DNA from: an uncultured Gemmatimonadales bacterium
GTDB lineage: Bacteria > Gemmatimonadota > Gemmatimonadetes > Gemmatimonadales > GWC2-71-9
Reading direction: 5' to 3'
Length of the DNA: 64,000 nt
Assembly: GCA_963804125.1 (NCBI GenBank)
Contig: CAWDPF010000011.1
Coordinates: 1-64,000 of the forward strand
Position numbers and translations under genes: made by a program. Shown here piece after piece: positions 41,720-52,302 of the stretch. The notes under the pieces are model-generated. The model had not been told where the DNA came from. It did no database searches and was given only the letters and a program-made list of their open reading frames with translations. Numbering within the stretch: position 1 is the stretch's first letter; every line of letters starts with the position of its first letter.

Positions 41720-42908
41720 CATGGCCCACGGCCGCCGGCCGTCAATCTGCCATATCGTTCCGGGATTGGATCTTGTTCCGGGGTCGGCGTCGACCCGCCA
41801 GACGCTGGCTTTGGCGCGCGCGCTCGCCGCGCACGCCGAGGTCACCGTGGCGTTCCGGCGGGTGACCGGTCCGGTGACCCCCGAGCCCTTCGAGATCGTC
41901 GCGCTCGAGCCGAACGGACACGAGCTGCCGAGCGACCTCCCAGCGTCGCGCCGCGCGCTCGGGCGCTTCATCGAGGAGCGGTGTCCGGCGGACGGCACCG
42001 TACTCGAAGGCACCTGGCCCATGCTGGGTAAGCTCACGGCGTGGTGCGCGCAACGTGGCATTCCGGCCGTTCCGATCGTGGAGCGACAGTCCCCCGCACG
42101 CTGGCTCGACCCGATCGACATGGGCCGGTCGTGGCTCGGGCTCGGTGCCTCGGGACGATACCTGCGCCGGGCGCCGGTCGTGATCACTGCCAGCAACGAT
42201 CTCAAGGCGACCATCATCCGGCGCTGGCGCGTGGAGGCCGAACGCATCACCGTGACCGGGACCGGCGTGGATCGGACCCGGTTCACCCTCCGCGACCAGG
42301 CCGATGCCCGGCGCCGTCTCGGGCTGTCGCCCGATCACCGCATCCTCCTGGCCGGCGGTGTCCTCGACCGTGCCCGCGACCTCGCACCCGTGATCGAGGC
42401 TGTTCAGCGGGTCGGGGATCCCGACCTCCGCCTGCACGTGCTCGGGCAGGGCGAGCGCCGCGCCGGCCTCGAGCGGCTTGCCGGGCTCGGGAGCGCGGTG
42501 ACCTTCCACGGCCGGGTCGGCGACGACCTGCTCCCCGTGTTCATTGCCGCCGCGGATCTTTGCGTCGCCATCGAGCATCCGGACGGGCCCGTCACCGACG
42601 CCGCGAGCGAAGCCGCCTTCACGGTGGCGGAGTGCCTGGTATCCGGCCGCCCGGTGGCGGTTGCCTCGGACGGCGAGCGCGACCACCCGCTGGTTCGGCA
42701 CCTGGTCTCCGGCTTCCTGATCGAGCACGATCTGCTGGCCTGGATCCGCTTCCTCCAGCGCGACTGCCCGTCGCGTAACACCTTGCGCATCATGGGCCAA
42801 GCCGCCACCGCCACGCCCATCGACGGGGTCGAGCGGGCGGCCTCGGCGTACCTCGAGGCGATCGACCGCGCGCAGCGCGCGGTGAAGGCCGGCGCAGCCG
42901 CTCGCTGA
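41720..42908 (+). CDS. glycosyltransferase family 4 (GT-B, group 1)
   Basis: MAHGRRPSICHIVPGLDLVPGSAS...C-terminal ...AAADLCVAIEHPDGP...ASEAAFTVAECLVSGRPVAV. Clean. Confidence 0.65.
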
Positions 42909-42974
42909 GGCTGCGTTGGGGCGGGGGGACGGCTATCTTACCGGCGTTTCCCAGACCCCGGACGAGGCGATTAC

Positions 42975-44177
42975 ATGGCCACCGCAGCCGCTGCATCCCA
43001 ATTCACCGGCGTTGATTTCCTGGCATTCGACAGCCTGCTGTCGGAGGAGGAGCGCGCCGTCCGGGACACCGTCCGGACCTGGGTGGACGAGAACCTCATC
43101 CCCGTCATCGGCGCCGCGTACATCGAAGGCAAGTTTCCCAAGCAGCTGATCCCCGGTATGGCGGAGCTGGGTCTGTTCGGCGCCAACCTGCCGGAGGAGT
43201 TCGGCTGCGCGGGGCTCAACAACGTGGCCTACGGCCTCATCATGCAGGAGCTCGAGCGGGGCGACTCCGGCATTCGCTCGTTCGCCTCGGTGCAGGGCGC
43301 GCTGGTGATGTATCCGATCTACGCCTTCGGCTCCGACGAGCAGAAGCGGCACTGGCTGCCGCTGCTCGCCTCCGGCCAGGAGATCGGCTGCTTCGGCCTC
43401 ACCGAGCCCGACTTCGGCTCGAACCCGGGCGGCATGATCACGACCGCGCGCGAGACCAAGGACGGGTGGGTGCTCAACGGCACCAAGATGTGGATCACGA
43501 ACGGCTCGCAGGCCACCGTCTCCATCATCTGGGCCAAGACCGGCGCGGTCGACGACTCCAAGTCGATCCGCGGGTTCATCGTGCCCACCGACACCAAGGG
43601 GTACACGGCCAAGGATCAGAAGGGGAAGCTCTCGCTCCGCGCCAGCGACACGAGCGAGATCCACCTCCAGGACGTCCACCTGCCCAAGGACGCCATCCTG
43701 CCGAAGTCGGGTGGACTCAAGAGCCCGCTCATGTGCCTCACGCAGGCGCGCTACGGCATCGCCTGGGGCGCCATCGGCGCGGCCATGGCGTGCTACGACG
43801 AGGCGCTGCGCTACGCGGGCAGCCGGGTGATGTTCGACAAGCCGATCGCGGGGACGCAGATCCAGCAGGTCCGCCTGGTGGATATGCTGACCGAGATCAC
43901 CAAGGCGCAGTTCATGACGCTCCAGCTCGGCCGCCTCAAGGACGCGGGAACGATGACGCCCGAGCAGGTCTCGCTCTGCAAGCGCAACAACGTGAGCATG
44001 GCCTGCGACACCGCCCGCGAGGCGCGGCGCCTGCTCGGCGCCAACGGCATCCTGGTCGAGTACCACTCGATGCGGCACATGGCCAACCTCGAGTCGGTCT
44101 ATACGTACGAGGGCACGCACGACATGCACTCGCTCATCGTCGGCCAGGCGATCACCGGGCTCCCCGCCTTCGGGTGA
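42975..44177 (+). CDS. gcdH: glutaryl-CoA dehydrogenase-type acyl-CoA dehydrogenase
   Basis: LSEEERAVRDTVRTWVDENLIP...GCFGLTEPDFGSNPGGMITTA...WITNGSQA...YEGTHDMHSLIVGQAITGLPAF. Clean. Confidence 0.85.
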   Translation: MATAAAASQFTGVDFLAFDSLLSEEERAVRDTVRTWVDENLIPVIGAAYIEGKFPKQLIPGMAELGLFGANLPEEFGCAGLNNVAYGLIMQELERGDSGIRSFASVQGALVMYPIYAFGSDEQKRHWLPLLASGQEIGCFGLTEPDFGSNPGGMITTARETKDGWVLNGTKMWITNGSQATVSIIWAKTGAVDDSKSIRGFIVPTDTKGYTAKDQKGKLSLRASDTSEIHLQDVHLPKDAILPKSGGLKSPLMCLTQARYGIAWGAIGAAMACYDEALRYAGSRVMFDKPIAGTQIQQVRLVDMLTEITKAQFMTLQLGRLKDAGTMTPEQVSLCKRNNVSMACDTAREARRLLGANGILVEYHSMRHMANLESVYTYEGTHDMHSLIVGQAITGLPAFG

Positions 44178-44250
44178 CCGTGCTCCGGCTCGCTGTTCAG
44201 GCGCCCCCCGGTGTGATGTTCGGGGGGCGCCGTCGTATATGGAGGGATTT

Positions 44251-46419
44251 GATGATCCGGACGCCTCCGCTCGCCGCGTTCGTGCTCTGGGCCGCGGTTA
44301 CCGCTCCCGTAGCGCTCCACGCGCAGGTGACCGATTCCACCCGGCGCGACAGCACCGCGGTGACGCTCAAGGAGATCGAGGTCGTCGGCTCGATCGCGCC
44401 GACGGCAGGTCCCGCAATCGGCTCGGGCATCCCGGCGCGGATTTCGACCGTCACCGGTGAGGCGATCGAGGCCTGGGAGCCCCGCCTCCTCGCCGACGCG
44501 CTCGCCACCCAGCCCGGCATCTCCCTCTACGACGATCTCGGCAGCGCGTACAAGCTCAACCTCAGCACGCGGGGGTTCAACGTGGGGCCCGTGGTGGGAC
44601 TGCCGCCCGGGGTATCGGTCTTCCTCGATGGGGTGCGGCAGAACGAGCCCGACGCGGCCGAAGTGAACTTCGATCTGCTGCCGATGGAGCACGTGCGTCG
44701 GGTCGAGCTGCTGAGCGGCTCCGGCTCGCTGCTTGGAGCCAATTCGCTCGGCGGCGCGATCAACCTGATCACCCGCCGCGGCACCGGCCCGCTGGAAGGC
44801 GAGCTCGAGCTGTCAGGCGGCTCCTACGGCGCGGCGTCGGCCGAAGGCTCGCTTTCCGGTCTGACGGCGGGCAAGACCGACTACTACGTGGCCGGCGGCT
44901 ACGAGCGGGAAGACGGCTGGCGCAAGGCCACCGGCGCGCACAACTACAACCTCTTCACCAACGTCGGGCGCCGCGGCGAGCACCGGGGAATCAGCGTGCA
45001 GGCCTTCGGCGCCAAGTCGCGGGCGCGAGACGGCAGGCTCGCTGCCCGAGAGCATCTTCGACGCCTCGCCCGGGACCAACTTCACCACCGGCGACTTCGA
45101 GGATATCGACCTGCTGCAGGGCACCGTCTCGGGGTACGCGCCCGTGGGGAAGGGACTCGGCACCTTCACGACCTACGTGCGCCGCTCCCACGCCGAGCGG
45201 TTCAACGTCAACCAGGCCCCGGACGACAACGTCCGCTCGCTCACCACCAACGGCACGGTCGGCGCCAACCTCGACTGGCGCTGGACCGTTCCGCTCGGAG
45301 GTGGCGAGTTCTCGCTCCGGACCGGGGCCGATGCGTCGGCCAACCGGGTGCACATCCAGCTCTTCACCGAGAGCCCCGTGGACGCCGCCGACCGCACGCT
45401 CACGACGGACGTGCGGAGCCCGAGCTGGGACGTGGCCGGCTACACGCTCGGTGACTACCGCGTGGGGCGGGTGACCCTGTCCGGCGGGTTCCGGTACGAC
45501 TACATCCGGATCCCGTTCGAGAACCAGCTCGACCCCGCGGCGGACACCAGTAACAGCTTTCACCGGCTGAGCCCCCGGGGCGGCGTGAGCGTCGAGCTCG
45601 GAACCGGCGCCAGCGCCTACGGTTCCATCGGCCGGAGCTTCCGCGCGCCCTGCGGTGCTCGAGCTCGCGTGCGCCGACGAGACGGCGGCCTGCCCGCTTC
45701 CCTTCGCCCTGGGCGACGACCCGCCGCTCGACCCCGTCATCTCGACGACGTACGAAGTCGGCGCGCAGCTGGTGCGCGGCCCGGCGATCCTGACGGCGTC
45801 CGTCTACCGCACCGACGTGCGCGACGACATCTCGTTCATCCAGTCCGAAGATGCGGTGTTCGAGGGCTTCTTCGACAACATCGGCGACACCCGGCGCGAG
45901 GGCGTCGAGCTCGGCGTCCAGGTGCTGCCGAGCGAGGCGGTGTCGCTCTACGCCAACTACGCCTTCACCAGGGCCACCTATCGCGACCCGGCCGAGATCT
46001 TCAGCCTGCGCGCAGAGGACGACTTCGCCGCGTCGCCACTCGCGGGGCCCAACGCAGTGGAGGTGGGGGACCGGCTCCCGCTCGTTCCCGGACACCAGGT
46101 GAAGGCCGGCGGCCTCGTCCAACTGCCCGCCGGCGTTGGCCTTGGCCTCGACCTTCGCTACACGGGCCGGCAGTGGCTCCGCGGCGACGAGGCCAACGAG
46201 ACCGAGCCGCTCGGCGGGTACTTCAGCGCCTCGGTGCGCGCCGGCCTCACCCGCGGCGACTGGGAGCTGTCCGCGGTGGTGACCAACGTCTTCGACTCGC
46301 ATGCCGCCGTGTTCGGCACCTTCAACGAGAACCGCCGGACCGGCGAGCTCGAGCGTTTCCTCACGCCGATGGGCGCCCGCGCGGTCAAAGTCGTCGTCCG
46401 GCGAGGCTTTGGCGGCTGA
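44251..46419 (+). CDS. TonB-dependent outer-membrane receptor, 2-3 frame disruptions
   Basis: Signal peptide. Plug domain (VTLKEIEVVG...VELLSGSGSLLGANSLGGAINLITRRG). Barrel strands across ORFs 45144.. and 45655..46419. Terminal ...AVKVVVRRGFGG*. Confidence 0.8.
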
Positions 46420-46521
46420 TAGCGCTCCGAAGCGATTTGCGTGACCCGGCTCACCGTCCAAAACGTGTCCCGCCGTACATTGTGAGGCTCCACTCTCTCG
46501 GACAACCGCGGAGGAGGGCAC

Positions 46522-47424
46522 ATGCAGGGCTCGTCTATCACGGTCCCGGTGCGCAACATGGGCGAGACGGTTCGGGCCTCGCTCGCGGGCGCCCTCAACA
46601 CCTTCCTCTCGGCCCTCCCTCGGCTGCTCGGCTTCATTGCCGTCCTCATTGTCGGGTGGGTGCTTTCGTCGCTGCTCGCGCGGGGCGTGGCCGCGCTGCT
46701 GCACGCGATCAAGTTCAACGAGCTGGCGCGGCGCTCCGGGTTCGCGGACTTCGTCCGCAACATGGGCGTGCGCCAGGACGCCTCGTGGTTCATCGCCGGG
46801 ATCGCGAAGTGGTTCATCCGCCTGATCACCCTGGTCGTGGCCTTCGACCTGCTCGGTCTCCCGGCGGTTTCCGCGGTGTTCGAGCAGCTCCTGCTCTGGC
46901 TGCCGAATCTCCTGGTTGCGCTCGTCGTGCTGGTGATCGGCGGGCTCGCCGCCAACGCGCTCTCCCGGCTCGTGCGAGGGACCACCGCCGAAGCCGGGTT
47001 CAGCAATCCGGACGTGCTCGCGGCCGTGACCAAGGCATCGGTCTGGGCGTTCAGCATCGTGGTGGCCGTGAACCAGGTCGGGATCGCGACGGAGCTGATC
47101 AACACGCTGCTGATCGGCGTCGTCGGCGCATTGGCCCTGGCCTCGGGTCTCGCGTTCGGGCTCGGCGGGCGCGATCGTGCGGCCGAGATCCTCGACCGTC
47201 TGGGCCGTCGAACGGACCTTCCCGGGCCATGGCTCGAGCGCGGCTCCGTTCCCGTGAAAGAGCCGGCGAGGGGCGCCGCGCGCGCGCCGGCTGGTGCGCC
47301 GCCCGGCCCCGCCACGGCCACTCGGCCGGTGCCGTTCGACGAGGACTGGATGCCACGATCGGGCCGCGACCGCCGCCGGGTGATGAGAGAGGGGATGGAC
47401 CGGCGGATGGTGGGCTCGCGCTGA
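46522..47424 (+). CDS. membrane protein with duplicated conserved-TM-helix repeat (CmpX/TM_helix-like)
   Basis: ALPRLLGFIAVLIVGWVLSSLLARGVAALL and WLPNLLVALVVLVIGGLAANALSRLVRGT are two copies of the same motif. Clean. Confidence 0.5.
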   Translation: MQGSSITVPVRNMGETVRASLAGALNTFLSALPRLLGFIAVLIVGWVLSSLLARGVAALLHAIKFNELARRSGFADFVRNMGVRQDASWFIAGIAKWFIRLITLVVAFDLLGLPAVSAVFEQLLLWLPNLLVALVVLVIGGLAANALSRLVRGTTAEAGFSNPDVLAAVTKASVWAFSIVVAVNQVGIATELINTLLIGVVGALALASGLAFGLGGRDRAAEILDRLGRRTDLPGPWLERGSVPVKEPARGAARAPAGAPPGPATATRPVPFDEDWMPRSGRDRRRVMREGMDRRMVGSR

Positions 47425-47444
47425 TTGCCGCGGCGCCCGGCGGC

Positions 47445-47514
47445 GAGTCACCCTGAGCGAAGCGAAGGGGGCATGATCCGAATCATGCCCCCTTCGCTTC
47501 GCTCAGGGTGACTC
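47445..47514. repeat. REP-1 palindromic element (loop variant CATGATCCGAATCATG)
   Basis: GAGTCACCCTGAGCGAAGCGAAGGGGGCATGATCCGAATCATGCCCCCTTCGCTTCGCTCAGGGTGACTC. Confidence 0.85.
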
Positions 47515-47620
47515 GCCTAATAGCGTCACTCCTTGTCACAAGCTGGCGGGTGTGGGACGGAGCGACTAGGTTTGCCGCCAGTTTTGAGGGGTCGTATCTG
47601 GGCTAATCAGGGAGCGCGCG

Positions 47621-48373
47621 TTGAACATCGCCGTCTGCATCAAGCGGGTGCCGGATATGGAGTTGCGGTTCTCCATCGCGGCCGACCGCAAATCGCTCGA
47701 CCAGGCTGGACTCAAGTACGATATGAGCGACTTCGACGGCTACGCGCTCGAGGTCGCGCTGCAGCTGGTCGAGCGGCAGGGGCCGGGCGAGGTGGTGCTC
47801 CTATGCCTCGGCCCCGATGGGGTGCAGGAGACCCTCAGGAAGGGGCTGTCGATGGGCGCCGCACGCGCGGTGCAGCTCAAGGCGGCCGATGTGCCGGTGG
47901 ACGGGATGGCCGTCGCCCGGGCGCTCGCGGCCGAGCTCGAGGGCGGTGGGTATGATCTCATCCTGTTCGGTCGGATGGCGACGGACACGGCGAGCGGCAC
48001 CGTGGGGCCGATGGTTGCGGAGTTGCTCGGCTTGCCCTGCGTCACGGCGATCTCGCATCTCGAGATCGCGGACGGGCAGGGAACCGCGCGGCGTGATCTC
48101 GAGGGTGCCTCGGAGACCGTGCGGTTCCCGCTCCCGGCGGTGCTGACCATCGACGAGGGGATCGCGCGCCCGCGGCTCGCGACGCTCAAGGGAATCATGG
48201 CGGCCAAGAAGAAGCCGCTCGAGACCAAGCCCGCCGCGCTCGGTGAAGCGCGCGTGACCGTCGAGGCGATGGCGCTTCCGCCCGAGCGCTCGGGCCCGCG
48301 GTTCGTGGGCGAGGGCTCCGAGGCAGTGCCCGAGCTGGTGCGGCGCCTCCGGACCGAAGCGAAGGTGCTGTGA
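47621..48373 (+). CDS. etfB: electron transfer flavoprotein beta subunit
   Basis: NIAVCIKRVPDMELRFSIAADRKSLDQAGLKYDMSDFDGYALEVALQLVE...LILFGRMATDTASGTVGPMVAELLGLPCVT. Probable TTG start. Confidence 0.85.
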   Translation: MNIAVCIKRVPDMELRFSIAADRKSLDQAGLKYDMSDFDGYALEVALQLVERQGPGEVVLLCLGPDGVQETLRKGLSMGAARAVQLKAADVPVDGMAVARALAAELEGGGYDLILFGRMATDTASGTVGPMVAELLGLPCVTAISHLEIADGQGTARRDLEGASETVRFPLPAVLTIDEGIARPRLATLKGIMAAKKKPLETKPAALGEARVTVEAMALPPERSGPRFVGEGSEAVPELVRRLRTEAKVL

Positions 48374-49362
48374 TGGCCGTGATGTTCGCGTTCGCGGAGA
48401 CGCGGGGTGGGGAGCTCCGCAAGGTGGCGTTCGAGGCGGTGACCGCGGCCCGGCACGCGGCTGACGCCACCGGCGGTGGTGAGGTGCACGCCCTGGTGCT
48501 CGGCGCGCCGGGCATCGCGTCCAAGGCCGAGGCGCTGGGCCGCTACGGCGCGGACGTCATCGTCGTCGTCGAGCATGCCGGACTCGAGCGCTACAATCCC
48601 GAAGTGGTGGCGGCCACCGCTGCCGAACGGCTCCGGGCGGGCCAGTATCGCGCCGCGTTCTTCTCCGCGTCCGCCGAGGGGCGCGATCTCGCGCCACGAG
48701 TCGCCGCGAAGCTCGGCGTCGGGCTGGCCTCGGACGTGACCGCCTTCGAGATCCAGGGTGACGCGCTCCTGGCCCAGCATCCGGCGTACACCGGCAAGGT
48801 CATCGTCACCCTCCGTCTATCGGGCACGCCGGCGATCGTCTCACTCCGCCCCGGCGCGACGCCGGCCGCCGAGCATCCGGGGGCGGCGCGGATCGAGCGC
48901 GCGGCGCCCGCCGCGGAGCCCGCGGCCTCGCGCGTCGTCGTCACGGAGCTCGCCCAGCAGACGGGGGCCAAGCTCGACCTGGGCGAAGCGCCGGTGATCG
49001 TGAGTGGCGGGCGTGGCCTCCGCGCCGCCGAGCACTTCGCCCTGATCGAGCAGCTCGCGGACGCGTTCGGCAACGCGGCGGTGGGCGCCACCCGCGCCGT
49101 CACCGACGATGGGTGGCGGCCCGCCACCGACCAGATCGGCCAGACCGGTCGCGTGGTGAGCCCCGAGCTGTACGTTGCGGTCGGCATCTCGGGGGCCATC
49201 CAGCATCTCGCCGGCATGCGCACGTCCAAGACGATCGTGGCGATCAACAAGGACAAGGACGCGCCGATTTTCAAAGTCGCCGACTACGGTCTCGTGGGCG
49301 ACCTGTTCGAGATCCTGCCGCGCCTCACCGAGGAAGTGCGGAAGGCCCGGGGGAACCAATAG
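48370..49362 (+). CDS. etfA: electron transfer flavoprotein alpha subunit
   Basis: ...VIVSGGRGLRAAEHFALIEQLADAFGNAAVGATRAVTDDGWRPATDQIGQTGRVVSPELYVAVGISGAIQHLAGM. 4-nt overlap with etfB. Confidence 0.85.
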   Translation: MMAVMFAFAETRGGELRKVAFEAVTAARHAADATGGGEVHALVLGAPGIASKAEALGRYGADVIVVVEHAGLERYNPEVVAATAAERLRAGQYRAAFFSASAEGRDLAPRVAAKLGVGLASDVTAFEIQGDALLAQHPAYTGKVIVTLRLSGTPAIVSLRPGATPAAEHPGAARIERAAPAAEPAASRVVVTELAQQTGAKLDLGEAPVIVSGGRGLRAAEHFALIEQLADAFGNAAVGATRAVTDDGWRPATDQIGQTGRVVSPELYVAVGISGAIQHLAGMRTSKTIVAINKDKDAPIFKVADYGLVGDLFEILPRLTEEVRKARGNQ

Positions 49363-49379
49363 CCGATCGTCCTGCAGGC

Positions 49380-50246
49380 GGCCGCCGCGAGGGCGAGGAG
49401 CTGGACGATCGCGCCCGCGCAGCCGCCCCCGGCCGATTCGCCCGACTCTTCGACGGTGCGACGCACTACGAGACGGCCGGCCCTCTTACGGGGCCGGCCG
49501 TCGTGCTGGTGCATGGGTTCTCCACGCCGCTCATCATCTGGGAGCGCACCGCGCCGGCGCTGGCCGCGGCAGGCTGCTGGACGGTGGCCTACGACCTGTA
49601 CGGTCGGGGGTATTCGGACCGCCTCAAGTGCGCCTACGGTCCCGAGCTGTACGAGCGGCAGCTGCACGAGCTGCTCGGGGCGCTCGCCGTCCGCTGGCCG
49701 GTCGACCTCGTGGGTTTCTCGATGGGGGCGCAGATCTGTGCCCAGTTCGCGGACCGGCACCCGGCGCGGGTACGGCGGCTGGTGCTGATCGACCCGGCCG
49801 GATTCGGCGCGTCCGCGATGCGGCCGAGCCGGCTGACCCTCCTGCCCGGCCTGGGCGAGCTGCTCCAGCGTCGCGCCGGGCCCAACATGGTGGCCGACCG
49901 GGCGGTGCGCATGTTCGCGGACCAGGCGACGGTGCCTCCGGACTTCCGGGACCGGGTGCTCGTCCAGGCCCGGTTTCGCGGGACGGGTCGGGCCCTGCTC
50001 TCGACCCGCAGATCGATGCCGGCGAAGATAGCGAAGCTCTATGCGCGCCTCGAGGCGATGCGGAAGCCGGTGCTCGTCGTCTGGGGCACGGAGGACCGCA
50101 TTACGCCCTACAAGCAGCACGTCCAGGCCCGCGCGGCGATCCCGTCCGCCGAGTTCCTGGCGGTCGAAGGCGCCGGCCACGCTTCGATGTGCGAACGGCC
50201 CAGCGTGGTGAACCCGGCGATCGTCGAGTTTCTGCGGCGGGTGTAG
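49380..50246 (+). CDS. alpha/beta-hydrolase fold protein; start codon uncertain
   Basis: VVLVHGFSTPLIIWERTAPALAAAGCWTVAYDLYGRGYSD...LVGFSMGAQICAQFA (GxSxG)...VLVVWGTEDRIT...GAGHASMCERP. Confidence 0.7.
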   Translation, partial: GRREGEELDDRARAAAPGRFARLFDGATHYETAGPLTGPAVVLVHGFSTPLIIWERTAPALAAAGCWTVAYDLYGRGYSDRLKCAYGPELYERQLHELLGALAVRWPVDLVGFSMGAQICAQFADRHPARVRRLVLIDPAGFGASAMRPSRLTLLPGLGELLQRRAGPNMVADRAVRMFADQATVPPDFRDRVLVQARFRGTGRALLSTRRSMPAKIAKLYARLEAMRKPVLVVWGTEDRITPYKQHVQARAAIPSAEFLAVEGAGHASMCERPSVVNPAIVEFLRRV

Positions 50247-50265
50247 GGGGGCCGTGCTTCAGCCC

Positions 50266-50335
50266 GAGTCACCCTGAGCAATAGCGAAGGGGGCATGACC
50301 TGAATCATGCCCCCTTCGCTGCGCTCAGGGTGACT
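50266..50335. repeat. REP-1 palindromic element (loop variant CATGACCTGAATCATG)
   Basis: GAGTCACCCTGAGCAATAGCGAAGGGGGCATGACCTGAATCATGCCCCCTTCGCTGCGCTCAGGGTGACTT. Confidence 0.85.
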
Positions 50336-50349
50336 TACGATGAGGATCG

Positions 50350-51609
50350 CTACACCCCCGCCTTCACCATCTCCTGAATCCGCCGCACTCCCTCCACCAC
50401 CGCCCGCTCCTCCGGCCCGAACGAGAACCGCACGTAGTTCCGGAAGCGGGACGGCCGCCCGCTCCTGCGCTTGCCCGGGTTCACGTCGAAGAACTCGCCC
50501 GGCACGCAGATCACCTGGTGCTCGAGCGCCTGCTGGAAGAAGGTCATCCCCGTGTTGAGCTTCGCGGGCAAGGTAGAGACGTCACCCCACCAGTAGAAGG
50601 TTCCCTCCGGCGCGAGATCGAAGCGTACGCCGGCCGCGCGCAGGCCCTCGCCCAGGAGCCTGCGCTTGCGGAGGAACGCTTCGCGAATGGCCGCGGTCTC
50701 CGCGCGCACCAGCGCCGGAGCGAGCAGGGGCACGGCGGAGCGCTGCAGCGGCTTGCTGCCGCCGCCGTCGAGAAAGGAGCCGCTGCTCGACACCGCCTCG
50801 ATCACCGCCTGCGGGCCGACGATCCAGGTCGTGCGCCAGCCGGGGTAGCGCCAGTTCTTGGTGAGCCCGTCGAACAGCACGACCGGGTCGGCATCCACAT
50901 CGTCGACGAACCGCGCCGCGGAGACCACGCCGTCGCCCTCGGCCGTGTCGGCCCAGATGTAGTGCGAGTAGAACTCGTCGATCAACAGCGTGCAGCCGAC
51001 CTCGCTCGCGAGCCCGACCCAGCCCGCGAGCTCGTCGCCTTGGATGACCCGCCCGGTGGGATTGCAGGGATTGGACAGCAGCAGCGCCGAGAGCCCGCGG
51101 CCCGTGATCTCGCGCTCGAGATCCTCGAGGCCGAAGTGGTAGCCGCTGGCGCCTTCGAGCAGGATGGGGATCGAGGTGAAGAGCTTGAAGATGTCCAGCA
51201 GCTCTTCGTACGCGGTGTAGTCGGGCAGGAAATGGCCGAGGTTCACCTCGCCCAGCGCGGCCACCGCGCGGGTGAGCGAGGCCCGGCCGCCGCCGCAGAT
51301 GCAGACGTTCCGCTCGGTGTAGCGCGAGCGCTTCCCCTTGCGGTAGAGCTCGTTGTACAGGTCCGCCACCGCGCGCCTCAGCTCCCAGATGCCAGGCACC
51401 GGCGCATACTCCTGGTCGTCGACGCCGATCTCGACCTGGTGTACGCGCGGCGGCGCGCCGGGGAGCGGCCCGGTCTCCGGCTGCCCCTGGCCGAGGTTGC
51501 ACCAGTCGGGATGGCCGTAGCGAAAACCGCGGCGCGCGGCCTCCGCCATGACGTAGATGACGCCGGTGAAGGGGACGGAGCGGAAGCCAGGAATGATCGG
51601 GGTGGTCAT
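50350..51609 (-). CDS. PLP-dependent aminotransferase (class I/II)
   Basis: ...LLSNPCNPTGRVIQGDELAGWVGLASEVGCTLLIDEFYSHYIW...VLFDGLTKNWRYPGWRTTWIVGP. Clean 419 aa. Confidence 0.8.
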   Translation of the reverse strand: MTTPIIPGFRSVPFTGVIYVMAEAARRGFRYGHPDWCNLGQGQPETGPLPGAPPRVHQVEIGVDDQEYAPVPGIWELRRAVADLYNELYRKGKRSRYTERNVCICGGGRASLTRAVAALGEVNLGHFLPDYTAYEELLDIFKLFTSIPILLEGASGYHFGLEDLEREITGRGLSALLLSNPCNPTGRVIQGDELAGWVGLASEVGCTLLIDEFYSHYIWADTAEGDGVVSAARFVDDVDADPVVLFDGLTKNWRYPGWRTTWIVGPQAVIEAVSSSGSFLDGGGSKPLQRSAVPLLAPALVRAETAAIREAFLRKRRLLGEGLRAAGVRFDLAPEGTFYWWGDVSTLPAKLNTGMTFFQQALEHQVICVPGEFFDVNPGKRRSGRPSRFRNYVRFSFGPEERAVVEGVRRIQEMVKAGV

Positions 51610-51638
51610 GGGGCTGTAAGGTAGCGGCGCTGATCCGC

Positions 51639-51729
51639 CCCCGTCATCCCGAGCGCAGCGAGGGACCTTGCCCGGGAATGGCTCGAGCCGATCCAGGCAA
51701 GGTCCCTCGCTGCGCTCGGGATGACGGGG
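51639..51729. repeat. REP-2 palindromic element
   Basis: CCCGTCATCCCGAGCGCAGCGAGGGACCTTGcccgggaatggctcgagccgatccaggCAAGGTCCCTCGCTGCGCTCGGGATGACGGGG. Confidence 0.85.
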
Positions 51730-51732
51730 CTC

Positions 51733-52236
51733 CTACAGCACCCGCCGACGAACGTGCACCGTGTACCGCTGATACTCCGGATACCGCGCCATCAGCCACC
51801 GCTCCTCCGCCCGCGCCTTCGCGTCGAAGTACTGCCGCGCAACGAGACCGACGACGAACGCCATCGTCCAGTTGCTCCAGGCGAGCGCGTACCCGGCGAG
51901 CAGCAGCACGAGCCCGGCGTAGATCGGATGCCTGAAATGGGCGTACGCTCCGGTCGTCACCAGCGGCGCGCCCGGAAGCGGCTCGGTGCCGGGCGTCAGG
52001 CTCGGACCGAGCGAGCGCACTCCCCAGGCTGCAATCGCCAGACCGACACCGGCCACCACGCCCCCCAGCGCGCGGATCCACGTGGAATCCACCCGATTGA
52101 GTGCGTAATCCGCGTTGCCCAGGCTCACATAGCGTGGCAGGAGCGGCGCGAGGACGGCGACAAGCCCGATCAGCGCCAACTGGCCCCAGACCCACGGGTC
52201 CCGGGACGCCTTTCGAAGGTCCATGCGCCGAAACAT
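51733..52236 (-). CDS. isoprenylcysteine carboxyl methyltransferase (ICMT/PEMT)-family membrane methyltransferase
   Basis: MFRRMDLRKASRDPWVWGQLALIGLVAVL...TTGAYAHFRHPIYAGLVLLLAGYALAWSNW...RAEERWLMARYPEYQRYTVHVRRRVL*. Confidence 0.7.
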   Translation of the reverse strand: MFRRMDLRKASRDPWVWGQLALIGLVAVLAPLLPRYVSLGNADYALNRVDSTWIRALGGVVAGVGLAIAAWGVRSLGPSLTPGTEPLPGAPLVTTGAYAHFRHPIYAGLVLLLAGYALAWSNWTMAFVVGLVARQYFDAKARAEERWLMARYPEYQRYTVHVRRRVL

Positions 52237-52302
52237 ACGGCCGCCCTGCCCGATGTATATTCTGCCGCAACCGTCCGCACTCATCGCGCGCCAGGAGCCG
52301 TC